Shown here piece after piece: positions 10,230 to 17,317 of a stretch of 25,196 nt of DNA (its first letter is position 1; each line of letters starts with the position of its first letter). Position numbers and translations under genes: made by a program. Where the stretch lies: NCBI GenBank assembly GCA_964615185.1, contig CAZTOS010000007.1:7074-32269 (forward strand). Direction: 5' to 3'. The stretch comes from an uncultured Thermococci archaeon (lineage in GTDB: Archaea > Methanobacteriota_B > Thermococci > Thermococcales > Thermococcaceae). The notes beneath the pieces are model-generated. The model saw only the letters and a list, made by a program, of their open reading frames with translations. It did not search any database and was not told the origin of the DNA.

Positions 10230-11090
10230 ATGCAGATAGCAGTCAGCGGAGGAAAAGGAGGAACTGGGAAGTCAACAATTGCAATTAACTTAGCTATTGC
10301 TCTGAGGAATTACTTTGACCTGACTTTGGCGGATTTGGATGTAGAAGCCCCCAACGACCATATACTCTTAGGAATAGAACTTCAAAATGAAGAGCCTGTC
10401 GAGCTTTTTATGCCACGTTTTGACTATTCCAAATGTATCAGGTGCAGAAAATGTGCTGAGGTTTGTGAAGAGCATGCAATAGTCACTATGAGAGATGGAA
10501 CACCCTTTTTAATGCCTACACTATGTTCCGGCTGTGGTGCCTGTCAGATAGTCTGTCCCGTTGAAGGAGCAATTTTGGAAGGTAAAAAGCTGATGGGTCA
10601 CACATATCTAACCGAAACCCCATATGGGTTCCCTCTAATTACGGGTAAACTGTTGGAAGGTGAAGAGAGAGCGATGCCTATCGTTGTTGCAGCAAAGAAA
10701 AAGGCAAAAGCACTAAATAAAGAACTTTTGATTGTTGATACTGCCGCAGGAACGAGCAACACTGTTTCTAAAGCTTTAGAGGATTCCCAGCTTATTATTG
10801 CTGTCACCGAACCTACGCCATTAGGTCTTCATGACTTAGAGCTAATTCTCAAGCTCGCAGAGACTATGGGAATTAAGGCATGGGTTGTCATCAACAGAAG
10901 TGATTTAGGAAAGAAAGATGACGTAAAAGAACTCGCAAAAAGATATAATACCAGAATTATTGCTGAGATTCCCTATAGTGAGAACATACTAAAGACCTAC
11001 ATTGAAGGAAAGCCAATTGTTTTGAGCGAGTATAAGGAAGCGGAAATTTTCAAAAAGCTTGCCGAAGAGGTTGCCAACTATTTGAGGTGA
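10230..11090 (+). CDS. MinD-superfamily P-loop ATPase with inserted 2x[4Fe-4S] ferredoxin domain (COG1149 type)
   Basis: Deviant Walker A GGKGGTGKST, DLDVEAPN, CIRCRKCAEVC and CSGCGACQIVCP, DTAAG, EPTP. Confidence 0.9.
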   Translation: MQIAVSGGKGGTGKSTIAINLAIALRNYFDLTLADLDVEAPNDHILLGIELQNEEPVELFMPRFDYSKCIRCRKCAEVCEEHAIVTMRDGTPFLMPTLCSGCGACQIVCPVEGAILEGKKLMGHTYLTETPYGFPLITGKLLEGEERAMPIVVAAKKKAKALNKELLIVDTAAGTSNTVSKALEDSQLIIAVTEPTPLGLHDLELILKLAETMGIKAWVVINRSDLGKKDDVKELAKRYNTRIIAEIPYSENILKTYIEGKPIVLSEYKEAEIFKKLAEEVANYLR

Positions 11091-11095
11091 TTAAA

Positions 11096-11983
11096 ATGCA
11101 GATTGTCATTGCAAGCGGTAAAGGCGGGGTTGGAAAATCAACAGTTGCGGCTTCACTCATATATCTGATTAAAGACAAGTACAAGCTTATAGCGGTTGAT
11201 GCGGATGCTGATGCTCCAAACCTTCACTTGCTCTTTGGAGTCAACAAGTGGGAAGAAGAGAAAGAGCTAACAGGGGCTAAAGTTGCAAGGATAAATCAGG
11301 ATACGTGCATTAGATGCGGTATTTGCTATGAGAGATGTCCCTATGAAAGCATAAAGCTTGTGGATGGAAAATACGTTGTAAATGAGCTTACATGTGAAGG
11401 CTGTGGAGTGTGTAAACTTGTGTGTCCAGTTAGAGGGACAATAACTCTTGAAGAAGTTCGCTCTGGAGTAATTATGAAGACAACAACAAGGTATGGATTT
11501 CCATTGATTTCGGCTCAATTAGATGTGGGAAGACCAAACTCTGGAAAGCTCGTTACAGAGGAAAAAGAGTGGGCAAAGAAGATAATGAAGGAGCGGGAGC
11601 TGGATCACATGATAGTTGATTCAGCGGCTGGAATTGGATGTCAAGTGATTGCCAGCGTTGGCGGAGCAGATGTTGCTATCCTTGTTGCAGAGCCTACTCC
11701 AGCATCACTGAGTGACGTTAAAAGGGTTTACAAGGTTGTCCAACACTTCAGAGAGCCTGCTTACTTGATAATAAACAAAGCGGACATAAACCCAGGTTTT
11801 GAAGGACTTTATGAGTTTGCAGAGCAGGAGGGAATACCAATTCTGGGTGAAATTCCCTACGATAGGGCAATTCCATATAGTATGGCTATGCTTAAGCCCT
11901 TTGTTGAAGCATTTCCAGAGTCAAAAGCCAGCAAAGCTCTTAAGGAAATTGCAGAAGCTGTGGAAAATGAGATTTTGGAGTAG
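11096..11983 (+). CDS. Second MinD-superfamily ATPase with ferredoxin domain (COG1149 type), paralog of the preceding gene
   Basis: SGKGGVGKST, DADADAPN, CIRCGICYERCP, CEGCGVCKLVCP, DSAAGIGC, INKAD. Confidence 0.9.
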   Translation: MQIVIASGKGGVGKSTVAASLIYLIKDKYKLIAVDADADAPNLHLLFGVNKWEEEKELTGAKVARINQDTCIRCGICYERCPYESIKLVDGKYVVNELTCEGCGVCKLVCPVRGTITLEEVRSGVIMKTTTRYGFPLISAQLDVGRPNSGKLVTEEKEWAKKIMKERELDHMIVDSAAGIGCQVIASVGGADVAILVAEPTPASLSDVKRVYKVVQHFREPAYLIINKADINPGFEGLYEFAEQEGIPILGEIPYDRAIPYSMAMLKPFVEAFPESKASKALKEIAEAVENEILE

Positions 11984-12063
11984 TCTTAAGTTTTATTCTT
12001 TAAGTCTTAGTCGTCAGACACTACCGATAAGCCTAAAGCCATATTATGACAATATTACATGAA

Positions 12064-13161
12064 ATGACAAAGTGCAAGTTGTGTGGTTATGAGTCCGAAG
12101 AGATAAGCAAATCAATTGGAGTATGTATTAACTGCCTTAGAAAAGATGATCAAGCTTTGAAAACAGCAATGAAAAGCCACTTCAAGTGGCGTGAGCTTAT
12201 AGGGCTTCCTCCAGAACCGCCAAAGGATGGAGAACTCCAATGCAAAATCTGTGTTAATGAGTGCAAGATTCCAAGAGGCAGTTCAGGTTACTGCGGAATA
12301 ATATGGAACAAAGGTGGAAGGTTAACCACAATAACTGGGACATTTGACAAAGCTTATCTTCACTGGTATCTCGACCCTCATCCAACAAATTGCGTTGCCG
12401 AGCCTGTCTGCCCTGAACGGGAGCATTACGGCTTTTACAACTTAGCTGTATTTTTCGCTGGATGCAACTTGGACTGCCTCTTTTGCCAGAACATCCATCA
12501 CAAATACATGATAAAAGAGGGTAGAATTAACCTAAGGGAAGGCATTGTATTAAGTACAAATGAGCTTGCAAATATCGCTATGCAGAGACGGGTTACTTGT
12601 GTCTGCTACTTCGGAGGCGATCCAACACCGCACAGCATTTATGCTCTAAAGGTCTCAAGGAAAATTCTAAAGCGGGCTAAAGAGAGTAAGGAAACAAAAA
12701 GAATCTGCTGGGAGACAAACGGCTTGGAAAATCCAAAGATTATAATGAAAATGGCAGAGCTCAGCCTTAAAAGTGGAGGAATTGTTAAGATTGACTGGAA
12801 AGCATATACACCAAGTGTTTATCAGGCTCTGACAGGTATAAATGGAGAAAAAGCCATCAAAAGGATAAAAGAGAACGTTAAGCTTATCTTGAAGATGGGA
12901 GAAGGAAGAGAGCTACCTCTTTTGGTTGTCAGCACTCTTGTAGTTCCCCACTATGTCGATGAACATGAAGTGTTTAATATTGCGAGGTATATAGTTGAAA
13001 TAAATCCAGAAACGCCTTATGTGTTGTTAGCTTTTGCTCCCCAGCATTTAATGTATGATGTCTTAACAACAAGCAGGAGGCAAATGAAGAAGGTCTACAA
13101 AGCAGCTCAAGAAGCAGGGTTGGAAAACATTTACATCGGAAATCCGTGGCTACTGAGATAA
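12064..13161 (+). CDS. Radical SAM protein, PFL-activase-like with N-terminal Cys-rich extension (SipB-like)
   Basis: CNLDCLFC (CX3CX2C), FGGDP, ETNG, KIDWKA; extra N-terminal CxxC pairs and DPHPTNC. Confidence 0.88.
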   Translation: MTKCKLCGYESEEISKSIGVCINCLRKDDQALKTAMKSHFKWRELIGLPPEPPKDGELQCKICVNECKIPRGSSGYCGIIWNKGGRLTTITGTFDKAYLHWYLDPHPTNCVAEPVCPEREHYGFYNLAVFFAGCNLDCLFCQNIHHKYMIKEGRINLREGIVLSTNELANIAMQRRVTCVCYFGGDPTPHSIYALKVSRKILKRAKESKETKRICWETNGLENPKIIMKMAELSLKSGGIVKIDWKAYTPSVYQALTGINGEKAIKRIKENVKLILKMGEGRELPLLVVSTLVVPHYVDEHEVFNIARYIVEINPETPYVLLAFAPQHLMYDVLTTSRRQMKKVYKAAQEAGLENIYIGNPWLLR

Positions 13162-13515
13162 CTATTCCTCGTCATCTAAGCTTTGAGTCTTTGGCACCTC
13201 GTTTCCCTGAGCCAAAATTATCAGCTCTCTCCCCTCAACGAGCATTTGTGCAACTTTCTTCCTCGCTGAGCTCAAAGCTCTCCAGACCGTTCCTCTTGAA
13301 ACACCCATCCTCTTTCCTGCCTCCTCTTGAGTCAATCCTTCATAGTCCACTAATCTCAACGCCTCAAATTCCTCATACGTCATAAAAATCGGTGGCTGAG
13401 GGGGTCCAATAGGCGGGCGCGCTGGATGGAAGTGCTTAATCTCCGGAATAAGACCAATAAAGCGCATTTTTCTCCTTCGTCCTCTGCCTCTACCTCTCCC
13501 CATTCCCCAAGGCAT
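13162..13515 (-). CDS. DUF134 (UPF0251) HTH DNA-binding protein
   Basis: EEFEALRLVDYEGLTQEEAGKRMGVSRGTVWRAL..ARKKVA signature; N-terminal GRGRGRGRRR; ATG at 13515. Confidence 0.9.
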   Translation of the reverse strand: MPWGMGRGRGRGRRRKMRFIGLIPEIKHFHPARPPIGPPQPPIFMTYEEFEALRLVDYEGLTQEEAGKRMGVSRGTVWRALSSARKKVAQMLVEGRELIILAQGNEVPKTQSLDDEE

Positions 13516-13650
13516 TTTAACACCAAACAAGAATTCTCATTGAGATTTATAGGGATTTCCCTTTAAGTTTGTCTTGGAGTCTTGGAGTACTCATGCAAGT
13601 TAACACCAACGAAAATGTTAAAGAGAGATGAGGCAGAATTAATTTTGATG

Positions 13651-13809
13651 ATGGCAATGAGAAAATTTACAAAGCCTCAGAGCTTTGAGTTTGTGTGTCC
13701 TTTCTGTGGATATAGAGCAAAGAGCCTTGAAGAGCTTAAACAGCATATTTTAGAAAGGCACACCCTCAATAGAGAAGATATCAGAGGTCTTAAATTCATC
13801 AGAATTTAA
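13651..13809 (+). CDS. Small single C2H2 zinc-finger protein
   Basis: FVCPFCGYRAKSLEELKQHILERH; start uncertain (13648, 13651 or 13657). Confidence 0.75.
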   Translation: MAMRKFTKPQSFEFVCPFCGYRAKSLEELKQHILERHTLNREDIRGLKFIRI

Positions 13810-13867
13810 TGAAAAGTTCTTAGAAAGATTAATAACTTCTCAAAAAGAACTTTCTGTGGTGAGTGAA

Positions 13868-14323
13868 ATGGAATTTAAAGTTGTAGAGAGAAAGATAGGA
13901 TGGCATAAGGACTTTGACAGCTCACATTTTTTAGCTCTGCCCTATGACAGCAAATGTTTAAGAATTCATGGGCATACTTACAATGTTGATGTCGAGATTT
14001 GGGGAGATTTAGATGAGAGGGGTATGATTTTTGACTTCAATCACTTAAGCAATCTCATTAAGGAAGTTGACCATCGTATTTTAACAAGTATTGAGTGGAT
14101 CAAAGAGGATGGAAACTACATAATCATAGTTCAAAATGACAAAGAGCTCAAACTTCCAAAAAAAGAAGTAGTTCTAATTGATGCTCCCAATGTTACTGCT
14201 GAGATCATAGCGGAGTGGTTTGCCAGAAAGATAGCAGAAAAAGCTGGAAAAAATGTAAAAAGGATAAAAGTCAAAGTTTGGGAAGACCCAAGAAGCTATG
14301 CTGAAATAGTATTAGAACGTTAA
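13868..14323 (+). CDS. queD: 6-carboxy-5,6,7,8-tetrahydropterin synthase / PTPS family
   Basis: FDSSH, CLRIHGH (CxxxHGH), DH, TAE, VWE motifs; archaeosine-precursor role inferred. Confidence 0.85.
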   Translation: MEFKVVERKIGWHKDFDSSHFLALPYDSKCLRIHGHTYNVDVEIWGDLDERGMIFDFNHLSNLIKEVDHRILTSIEWIKEDGNYIIIVQNDKELKLPKKEVVLIDAPNVTAEIIAEWFARKIAEKAGKNVKRIKVKVWEDPRSYAEIVLER

Positions 14324-14407
14324 TATTTGTTTTCAGCATCCATTTTAGTTATTTATTCCAAAAAAATTAAATCTTGTTTATCTTATTTCTTTTGAGGTGA
14401 AAAGAAC

Positions 14408-14830
14408 ATGAGATTCTCAAGGGGAAGAAACTTTATGTTTAGAATCCCTGAAGGTGAAGAGTTCCTAACATTCATTGACAAATTTGCAGAAAAGAACAAC
14501 ATCCTTATCGGAACCGTGAGTGCAATCGGGACAGTTAAAAATCCAAAAATCGGATATTTTGAAGAGGAAAAGGGCAAATATGAGGTAATTGAATTAAACG
14601 GCACTTATGAACTCCTTTCTGCGCTAGGCAACATCAGCCTGAAAGATGGGAAGCCATATGCTCATATTCATGTAACTTTGGGAGACAAAGAAGGAAAGGT
14701 ATGGGGTGGCCACTTAATTGAAGGAGAAGTATTTGCCGCCGAAGTCATCATTCACGAACTGCTTGGAGAACCTCTGGAAAGAAAGCTTCAAAAGACTGGA
14801 TTAGCACTTTGGGATGCGGAAAAAATTTAA
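14408..14830 (+). CDS. PPC-domain (DUF296) protein
   Basis: SAIG, YELLSALGNIS, HIH, GGHL motifs; ATG after GAGGTGA. Confidence 0.88.
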   Translation: MRFSRGRNFMFRIPEGEEFLTFIDKFAEKNNILIGTVSAIGTVKNPKIGYFEEEKGKYEVIELNGTYELLSALGNISLKDGKPYAHIHVTLGDKEGKVWGGHLIEGEVFAAEVIIHELLGEPLERKLQKTGLALWDAEKI

Positions 14831-15411
14831 AGAGAGCAGAAAACCTTCTTCTCTTCCTTTAAGATTTTTGCGAGTATCATGTAATGCCACGTAATCATTC
14901 CAAAGATGCCTATGAACTCTGAAACTGCCACTCCTTTAAAGACTTTCATTGCCCAAAGTGCAAGGATCCAGCTGAAAACAAGTATTATGGCAGTTATAAT
15001 CCCAAGTTGTTTCTCTCCTCCAAGATATAACCCAACTCCAGCCACCATTATCCCAAGACTTGCCGTAATGAAGAAACCCCAACTGACATAGTAGTGAGGG
15101 GAAGTCCCTTCAGGGAAAATCCCAATTCCCGCCAAGAATACCAAGCCAAGGATAAAAATACAAATTCCAAGCTTCATTGTAGGGTGTTTTGCCTCCTTGA
15201 AAAGCCCTATGGCATAATAGATACCCAAAATCGCTGTAACTACAAGTGAGACGTTCATCACCCAGTTATAGGGCAGGTTTACTTTTCCAAGGTCGCTTAT
15301 GGCATTGTCTGTGAGGCTCCACCAAGAGCGATGTATGAATATTGCCGTGAATATCCCACCTAATCCTATCAATGGTGCACCGAGACCAGCTAATTGTTGA
15401 CTTCTTTTCAT
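14827..15411 (-). CDS. DUF998-family integral membrane protein
   Basis: WWSLTDNAISDLG, GIFPE, H motif; about six hydrophobic segments. Confidence 0.8.
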   Translation of the reverse strand: MKRSQQLAGLGAPLIGLGGIFTAIFIHRSWWSLTDNAISDLGKVNLPYNWVMNVSLVVTAILGIYYAIGLFKEAKHPTMKLGICIFILGLVFLAGIGIFPEGTSPHYYVSWGFFITASLGIMVAGVGLYLGGEKQLGIITAIILVFSWILALWAMKVFKGVAVSEFIGIFGMITWHYMILAKILKEEKKVFCSL

Positions 15412-15490
15412 TGGCATCACTGAATACTCTCCTTTTATCTATAATCCCACCTATTAGAGCCCTGATAGGGCTTCAAATCCACAGCACGCA

Positions 15491-15799
15491 TTACTTCTCA
15501 TAGAACACCTTGTAGTGCTGAACGTATTTCTCCTTTTCCAATAGAAAGTCGTTGTCTTCTGGGCAGTACTTCTCAAGTTCAGGATTTTCACCCGTGAACT
15601 TTTTAATTGACTCCATTGAGTCCCAGATGGTTACAAGAAGGAAATGTGCCACCTCTTCTTCCTCTCTCCGCGTGAAACATGGTTTTATCAAACCATCAAC
15701 AGAGCCATAATCTGGTACCGCCCTTTCAATCAAAAACTTCTCATATTCATTAGCTTTTGCAATTGGAGCTTTTCCATGCCATAACCTCATAATAGTCAA
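15491..15799 (-). CDS. ABM-like dimeric alpha/beta barrel protein
   Basis: MRLWHG, FLLVTIWDSMESIKKF, D.DFLLE pattern; start TTG 15799 or ATG 15790. Confidence 0.7.
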   Translation of the reverse strand: MTIMRLWHGKAPIAKANEYEKFLIERAVPDYGSVDGLIKPCFTRREEEEVAHFLLVTIWDSMESIKKFTGENPELEKYCPEDNDFLLEKEKYVQHYKVFYEK

Positions 15800-15882
15800 A
15801 AATATCACCCACTTTACCTATGTGAACTTTATGATATTAAAAACTAATGCCGCCTCAGTAAAAAGAAAGAGAAAAGCTTGTT

Positions 15883-16335
15883 TCACCAGTCGCTCATGCC
15901 ACGCCCTCTACCCATACCACGTCCCATTCCTTTTCCTCGACCTCTTCCCATACCTCTTCCTGGACCAATCCCCCCACCTTTAGCTCCAAGGATTGGCTGT
16001 GTTAATTCCCCTCTGAGATAAGCCTGAACAGCTTGTTCAACCGTCATAGTTGGTGGTGCTGAGACAAACTTTATGCCCGCGGCTTGAAGAACCCGTGATG
16101 AATTTGGACCAAACTGCCCAGCTATAACAACATCTGCACCTTCATTTATACAAAATTGGGCTACTTGAACTCCTGCGCCTCCTGGAGCGCTGTAAGCGGG
16201 ATTTTGAACCACTTGAACGTTTATTATGCTCCCATTCTCGTCAACATCAACGATTGTGAATGTTGGAGCCCTCCCAAATGCTCGGCTCACAAAATCCTTC
16301 AATCCTCCATCTATTGTGGCTATGATAAACCTCAT
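15883..16335 (-). CDS. NifB/NifX-type (FeMo-co binding fold) protein with Gly/Arg/Met tail
   Basis: FGRAPTF, NPA...GGAG, ADVVIAGQFGPN; C-terminal (GRGMGRGR)n. Confidence 0.9.
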   Translation of the reverse strand: MRFIIATIDGGLKDFVSRAFGRAPTFTIVDVDENGSIINVQVVQNPAYSAPGGAGVQVAQFCINEGADVVIAGQFGPNSSRVLQAAGIKFVSAPPTMTVEQAVQAYLRGELTQPILGAKGGGIGPGRGMGRGRGKGMGRGMGRGRGMSDW

Positions 16336-16355
16336 ATCTTCACCTCCGCTCAGAA

Positions 16356-16369
16356 TTAGGATAGCCTAA
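16356..16369. promoter_or_regulatory. Operator B (TTAGGATAGCCTAA, DtxR-box-like), downstream of the minus-strand TATA
   Basis: Perfect TTAGG/CCTAA arms between TATA (16370-16377) and the SD of the 16335 gene. Confidence 0.7.
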
Positions 16370-16378
16370 CTTAAAAAG

Positions 16379-16394
16379 TTTTGCATATGCAAAA
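16379..16394. promoter_or_regulatory. Operator A (TTTTGCATATGCAAAA), upstream of the minus-strand TATA
   Basis: Perfect 16 bp palindrome. Confidence 0.75.
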
Positions 16395-16399
16395 ACAAA

Positions 16400-16597
16400 T
16401 TAAAACCACATTCTTGGTCTTAAAAGCTCCCTCAGCAGAAGCAGAACTACCAGGGCTATCACATACGGTGCTGCAACGAGGAACAGCTTAATTAAAATGT
16501 ACAGTATCGCAATTAGGAGCAAAAGGTCTATGATTCCAAAGAATCCGCCAAATCTTCTATGTCCCCTTCCGTATCCTCCACTCATCCATCTCGGCAT
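16400..16597 (-). CDS. Small membrane protein (65 aa) with Gly/Arg/aromatic N-terminus
   Basis: ATG after GAGGTGA; MPRWMSGGYGRGHRRFGG followed by a long hydrophobic hairpin. Confidence 0.8.
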   Translation of the reverse strand: MPRWMSGGYGRGHRRFGGFFGIIDLLLLIAILYILIKLFLVAAPYVIALVVLLLLRELLRPRMWF

Positions 16598-16628
16598 TTT
16601 ATCACCTCAAAATGGAAAAAATAGGGAA

Positions 16629-17198
16629 TCACCACCAGCCATAAAGCCACCTAAGTGTTCTCCTGCTGGGCATTCCTGTCCACGGACAGTATCCTAAGCG
16701 AGCTCCCCATCCTCTTCCTCCTCTGCCGCCACCTCTTCTTCCCCAACCACGGCCTCTGCCCCAACCGTAGCCAAAGCCATAAGCTGGGATTGGGTAAGCT
16801 GGCCCATAAGCTGGTGCTGGAGGAACTGGATATGTTGGTGCCGCAATTTGAGGCTGAGCCGTTTGAGGAGCGCCCTTAATCACGCTCTCAACGGCTTCTC
16901 TAATTGGTATTCCTGGTGGGAATGTGTAAACATTAATTCCTGCAGCTTGGATTGCTCCTAAAGTGTTTGGCCCAAGTTGGGGGGCAATTACTGTATCAAC
17001 GCCTTCATTTATGAGCATTTGCACAACCATTGGACCTGCTCCACTGGGAGCAGTAGCTGCTGAATTCTGAATCGTTTTTACGTTCTTAATTTCACCATTC
17101 TCAACTTCGATTATAGTGAAAACTGGTGCTCTGGCGAAAACCGGTGCAACTGTGTCCTCTAACCCACCATTAGCTGAGCTTGGAACTGCAATTTTCAT
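16629..17198 (-). CDS. IssA/SipA-like iron-sulfur storage protein (NifB/NifX domain + Pro-rich linker + cationic Gly/Arg/Trp tail with a single Cys)
   Basis: FARAPVF, SGAG, LGPN domain; PTYPVPPAPAYGPAYP linker; GWGRGRGWGRRGGGRGGRGWGARLGYCPW tail, matching the architecture I recall for Pyrococcus furiosus IssA; ATG at 17198 after GGAGGTGGTGA. Confidence 0.82.
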   Translation of the reverse strand: MKIAVPSSANGGLEDTVAPVFARAPVFTIIEVENGEIKNVKTIQNSAATAPSGAGPMVVQMLINEGVDTVIAPQLGPNTLGAIQAAGINVYTFPPGIPIREAVESVIKGAPQTAQPQIAAPTYPVPPAPAYGPAYPIPAYGFGYGWGRGRGWGRRGGGRGGRGWGARLGYCPWTGMPSRRTLRWLYGWW

Positions 17199-17223
17199 CC
17201 TCACCACCTCCAGATTCTTACCC

Positions 17224-17245
17224 ATTTTGTGCATATGCACAAAAT
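17224..17245. promoter_or_regulatory. Operator A (ATTTTGTGCATATGCACAAAAT), downstream of the issA-like TATA
   Basis: Perfect 22 bp palindrome abutting the minus-strand TATA at 17246-17253. Confidence 0.8.
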
Positions 17246-17256
17246 CTTAAAAGCTT

Positions 17257-17270
17257 TTCGATTGACCTAA
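17257..17270. promoter_or_regulatory. Degenerate operator B (minus strand TTAGGTCAATCGAA), upstream of and overlapping the issA-like BRE
   Basis: One perfect TTAGG arm; second arm matches 3/5 (TCGAA vs CCTAA); same 14 bp span. Confidence 0.45.
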
Positions 17271-17317
17271 CATACTGGTTTATAAATACCGAGTAGGAGA
17301 AAATAATTGAGATAACC

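Noticed and set aside
12023..12036. ACCGATAAGCCTAA as a further operator B upstream of the radical SAM gene
   Set aside because: Only one arm matches; better explained as a BRE/TATA-like promoter element.
13571..13588. Tandem GTCTTGGA x2 in the DUF134/C2H2 spacer
   Set aside because: Only two 8-bp units; a simple slippage duplication, not a CRISPR or iteron array.
15883..17198. NifB/NifX domains and NifH-like ATPases as evidence of nitrogen fixation
   Set aside because: No nifHDK or nifEN; these stand-alone families are common in non-diazotrophic anaerobes.
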